A stretch of 64,000 bases of DNA from Minutocellus sp. GHC0000111 (lineage: Eukaryota): assembly GCA_977018835.1 (NCBI GenBank), contig OZ361260.1, positions 1,984,001 to 2,048,000 of the forward strand, written 5' to 3'. Under the pieces are notes generated by a model. It made no database searches and was not told the origin of the DNA. It was given only the letters and a program-made list of their open reading frames with translations. This document shows, one piece after another, positions 61,861-64,000 of this stretch. How positions within the stretch are numbered: position 1 is the stretch's first letter; every line of letters begins with the position of its first letter. Both the position numbers and the translations under genes were made by a program.

Positions 61861-62187
61861 ATATGCAAACTAGATCTACAACCCGATTTGAATTATTTCT
61901 TTTGGAACCAATCTTTTTTAGCGGTGGACCTGATATTCCTACCTACCGGTACCTGCCGTGCATGTTATTCTTCTTCTCCACACTTTCAAAACCATAAAAT
62001 AATTCCCTCAAAATACCATGGTAGATCTACTTGTAGATCTACATACATATTCCGACCGGTATGTAGATCTATGCCTGCCGTACTACCGAGAATGTTTGCC
62101 CAGCAACACATGTGTTTTGCGTGCGCGTACCCAGGTAGGTACCGGTAGAACTACCGGTATACTGTTACATCCCCACCCCAAAAGGAG

Positions 62188-63281
62188 CTAGGTCATGGCC
62201 TCGGTCAGAAGCTCCTTCATACGCTGTTTCTTGGGCTTCAGATCAACGCCAAACTTGTCCGACGCGGTCTCCATGGCATGCTTGGCGGTAGCCTTGTCGA
62301 GATTGAAGCATCTGACGTAAGCCTTTACCCAACGCTTGAGTGCCTTGTCGGTTGGAAGCTTCTGCCCATCGACTTCTTCAAACATGGTCTTCTTCATCCT
62401 CCTCATTGGACGATTCCTCCTTGGCAGCCTTCTTCTTACCAGCCTCGGCCTTGGCAGCCTTCTTCTTCTTGGCAGCGGCCTTCTTCTTGTTTTCCTTGAT
62501 CCAAGTCTTGGTCAACTCCTCCGACGGATCCGCCAGGAAATCGAGGAGACGATCAACGAGGAAATCCTTGTCGACCTTTTCGCCATCCGAGGCGCTGCGA
62601 TCAATGTCGAAGAAATCGCAAAGGTTCTTCAGGCCAGGATTCGAAATCTTACGAGCCTTCTCGCCGTACTTCCTCTTTTGATGTATCATATGAAGTTATT
62701 TGTGAAAGGCGAAAAACAAATTAGAAATGTAGTCGGAGCAGGGCACACATGTACAGCACATGTACCGGTAGGGCACGATGGACATCAAAGTGACTTACCT
62801 CCAGCTTCTCGTCGATTCCCTTCTGCTCCTCCTCATCGTCGGTGCTTTTAGTGGGAAGATACCCCGAGAACTCGAGCAGCTGCTGCTTCCGGACCTTCTC
62901 CTTCGAGGCACCTCCGAAGACGAGCTGATGAGCCATCTTGAGCTCATTGCTCTTCAACTTGGCTGCCTTGATGGACTCACAGGTACCTGGAATGTCCTCC
63001 AGCTTGGTACCTCGGCCGTCAAGGTGGATCCGCGCCTCGGCTTTGGCCGCAGCCGTCACCTGAAAATCCTCGGCCTCGAAAATTGCCGCGGACTTACGCT
63101 CACGCTTGGAAGTGGTAGGCAGACCGAGGGGGTCGATTTCCAGTCTCTTGGAGACCCCCTCGCTCTTGCGCTTCTTGTTGGGAGCACCAGCGGACGTCGT
63201 GCCGGAGCTGGTGTCGATCTCCATCGTTGGGGCCTCAGCAGCGGCCTCTTCGGGCTTTGGCTCAACCGGTTCGACTTGCAT
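62188..63281 (-). CDS. DEK-like chromatin protein (DEK-C domain); exons 63281-62799, 62674-62188 with a frameshift near 62380
   Basis: GRGTKLEDIP, QLLEFSGY, LCDFFDIDRS..LVDRLLDFLADP, C-terminal PTDKALKRWV..TAKHAMETASDKFGVDLKPKK. Confidence 0.78.
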
Positions 63282-63453
63282 AGTGATTTGTCTTGGTTAC
63301 ATGTACCAACTGGATGTAGTTGAACTGTCATCAGGACTGACTGAAGCCGTAGCCCGGTTGACGATTCACAGCTTCCGGGTTTCCCGACGTAACCATGCAT
63401 GAGCGAAACGCCACACAGCTCCTTTTCCTTCGCCCAGCCATTTCACCAACACC

Positions 63454-63998
63454 ATGATCGGTTCCGCAGGACGAATCGCCGCCCGAAGGGCACCCACAAC
63501 CGCCGTTCGACGCATGTCGACGGCAGAGCCCAAGATGCACAAGGCCAAGGAGTGGCAGGTATCAAGGACTCCCGACCGAAAACGCATGATCACGTGAGTA
63601 GTTTTGGATGCATACGGTTCCTACCAGCCTTACTCAAATGTACTACGTTCTACGTACACTACCGACGGATTTACGAGGGTCTGGTTCGGATATCGACCAT
63701 CCATCTATCGACCATCGATCTGCAGATCACCAAGTCGTCTTCTTCTCTTTCCCTCTCTTCGACCACGGCGTACTTACTTCGTTTTATTCTTCTCTTTGCT
63801 TTCCCATCACACGTGCGCACAATGTGTTGCGAAACAACCAAAATCTTGGTAACAAAACAATCGAAACAGCTTGTTTTCGAGGGCGATTTCCCCAAGCTCG
63901 GCATCGGCCTTGGTGTGCTTGCCGTCATCGGAGCCGGTTATGGCTCCATGTATTTTGGAATGTGGCATCAGCAGAAGAAGCAGGGTTACTGGAAATAA
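63454..63998 (+). CDS. Small single-TM mitochondrial protein; exons 63454-63593, 63870-63998 (one-base frameshift near 63555)
   Basis: Presequence-like MIGSAGRIAARRAPTTAVRRMST. Restoring one G gives KEWAGIKDSRPKTHDH|LVFEGDFPKLGIGLGVLAVIGAGYGSMYFGMWHQQKKQGYWK. Confidence 0.6.
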
Positions 63999-64000
63999 AT

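Overview
Eukaryotic, intron-containing DNA that looks like a diatom or other stramenopile, judged from GT-AG introns and diatom-type PDZ and CxHC-repeat proteins. About 37-52 kb and 60.4-64 kb hold ordinary host genes: UDP-glucuronate 4-epimerase, a PPR protein, kinesin-4 with a SAP domain, a HOOK protein, V-ATPase c'', a thioredoxin-like protein, a DEK-like protein and a small mitochondrial membrane protein. About 1-37 kb is a rearranged, decaying mosaic. It contains a cyclophilin, intact DPM1, an orphan RWDD1 3' exon, LINE remnants, MITEs, a near-identical 6.7-kb direct duplication (11318-18011 = 29585-36278), a duplicated PPR fragment, a PDZ gene and an intact sulfotransferase. 52607-60314 is a 7.7-kb palindrome centred on a foldback mini-element. 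The most notable items are: (i) two related families of TA-flanked mariner-like transposons (4 copies) whose DEKWF-type transposases have a D..D38D triad, a QAPQMPHxNVLD motif, an apparent N-terminal HMG-box-like domain and an extra opposite-strand ORF; (ii) the giant palindrome; (iii) very abundant TA-bounded micro-palindromes, with one filled/empty site pair showing CATGTA inserted at a TA; (iv) an 11.8-kb gene-containing interval bounded by perfect 23-bp TIRs. All domain calls are by-eye motif recognition; no searches were run.
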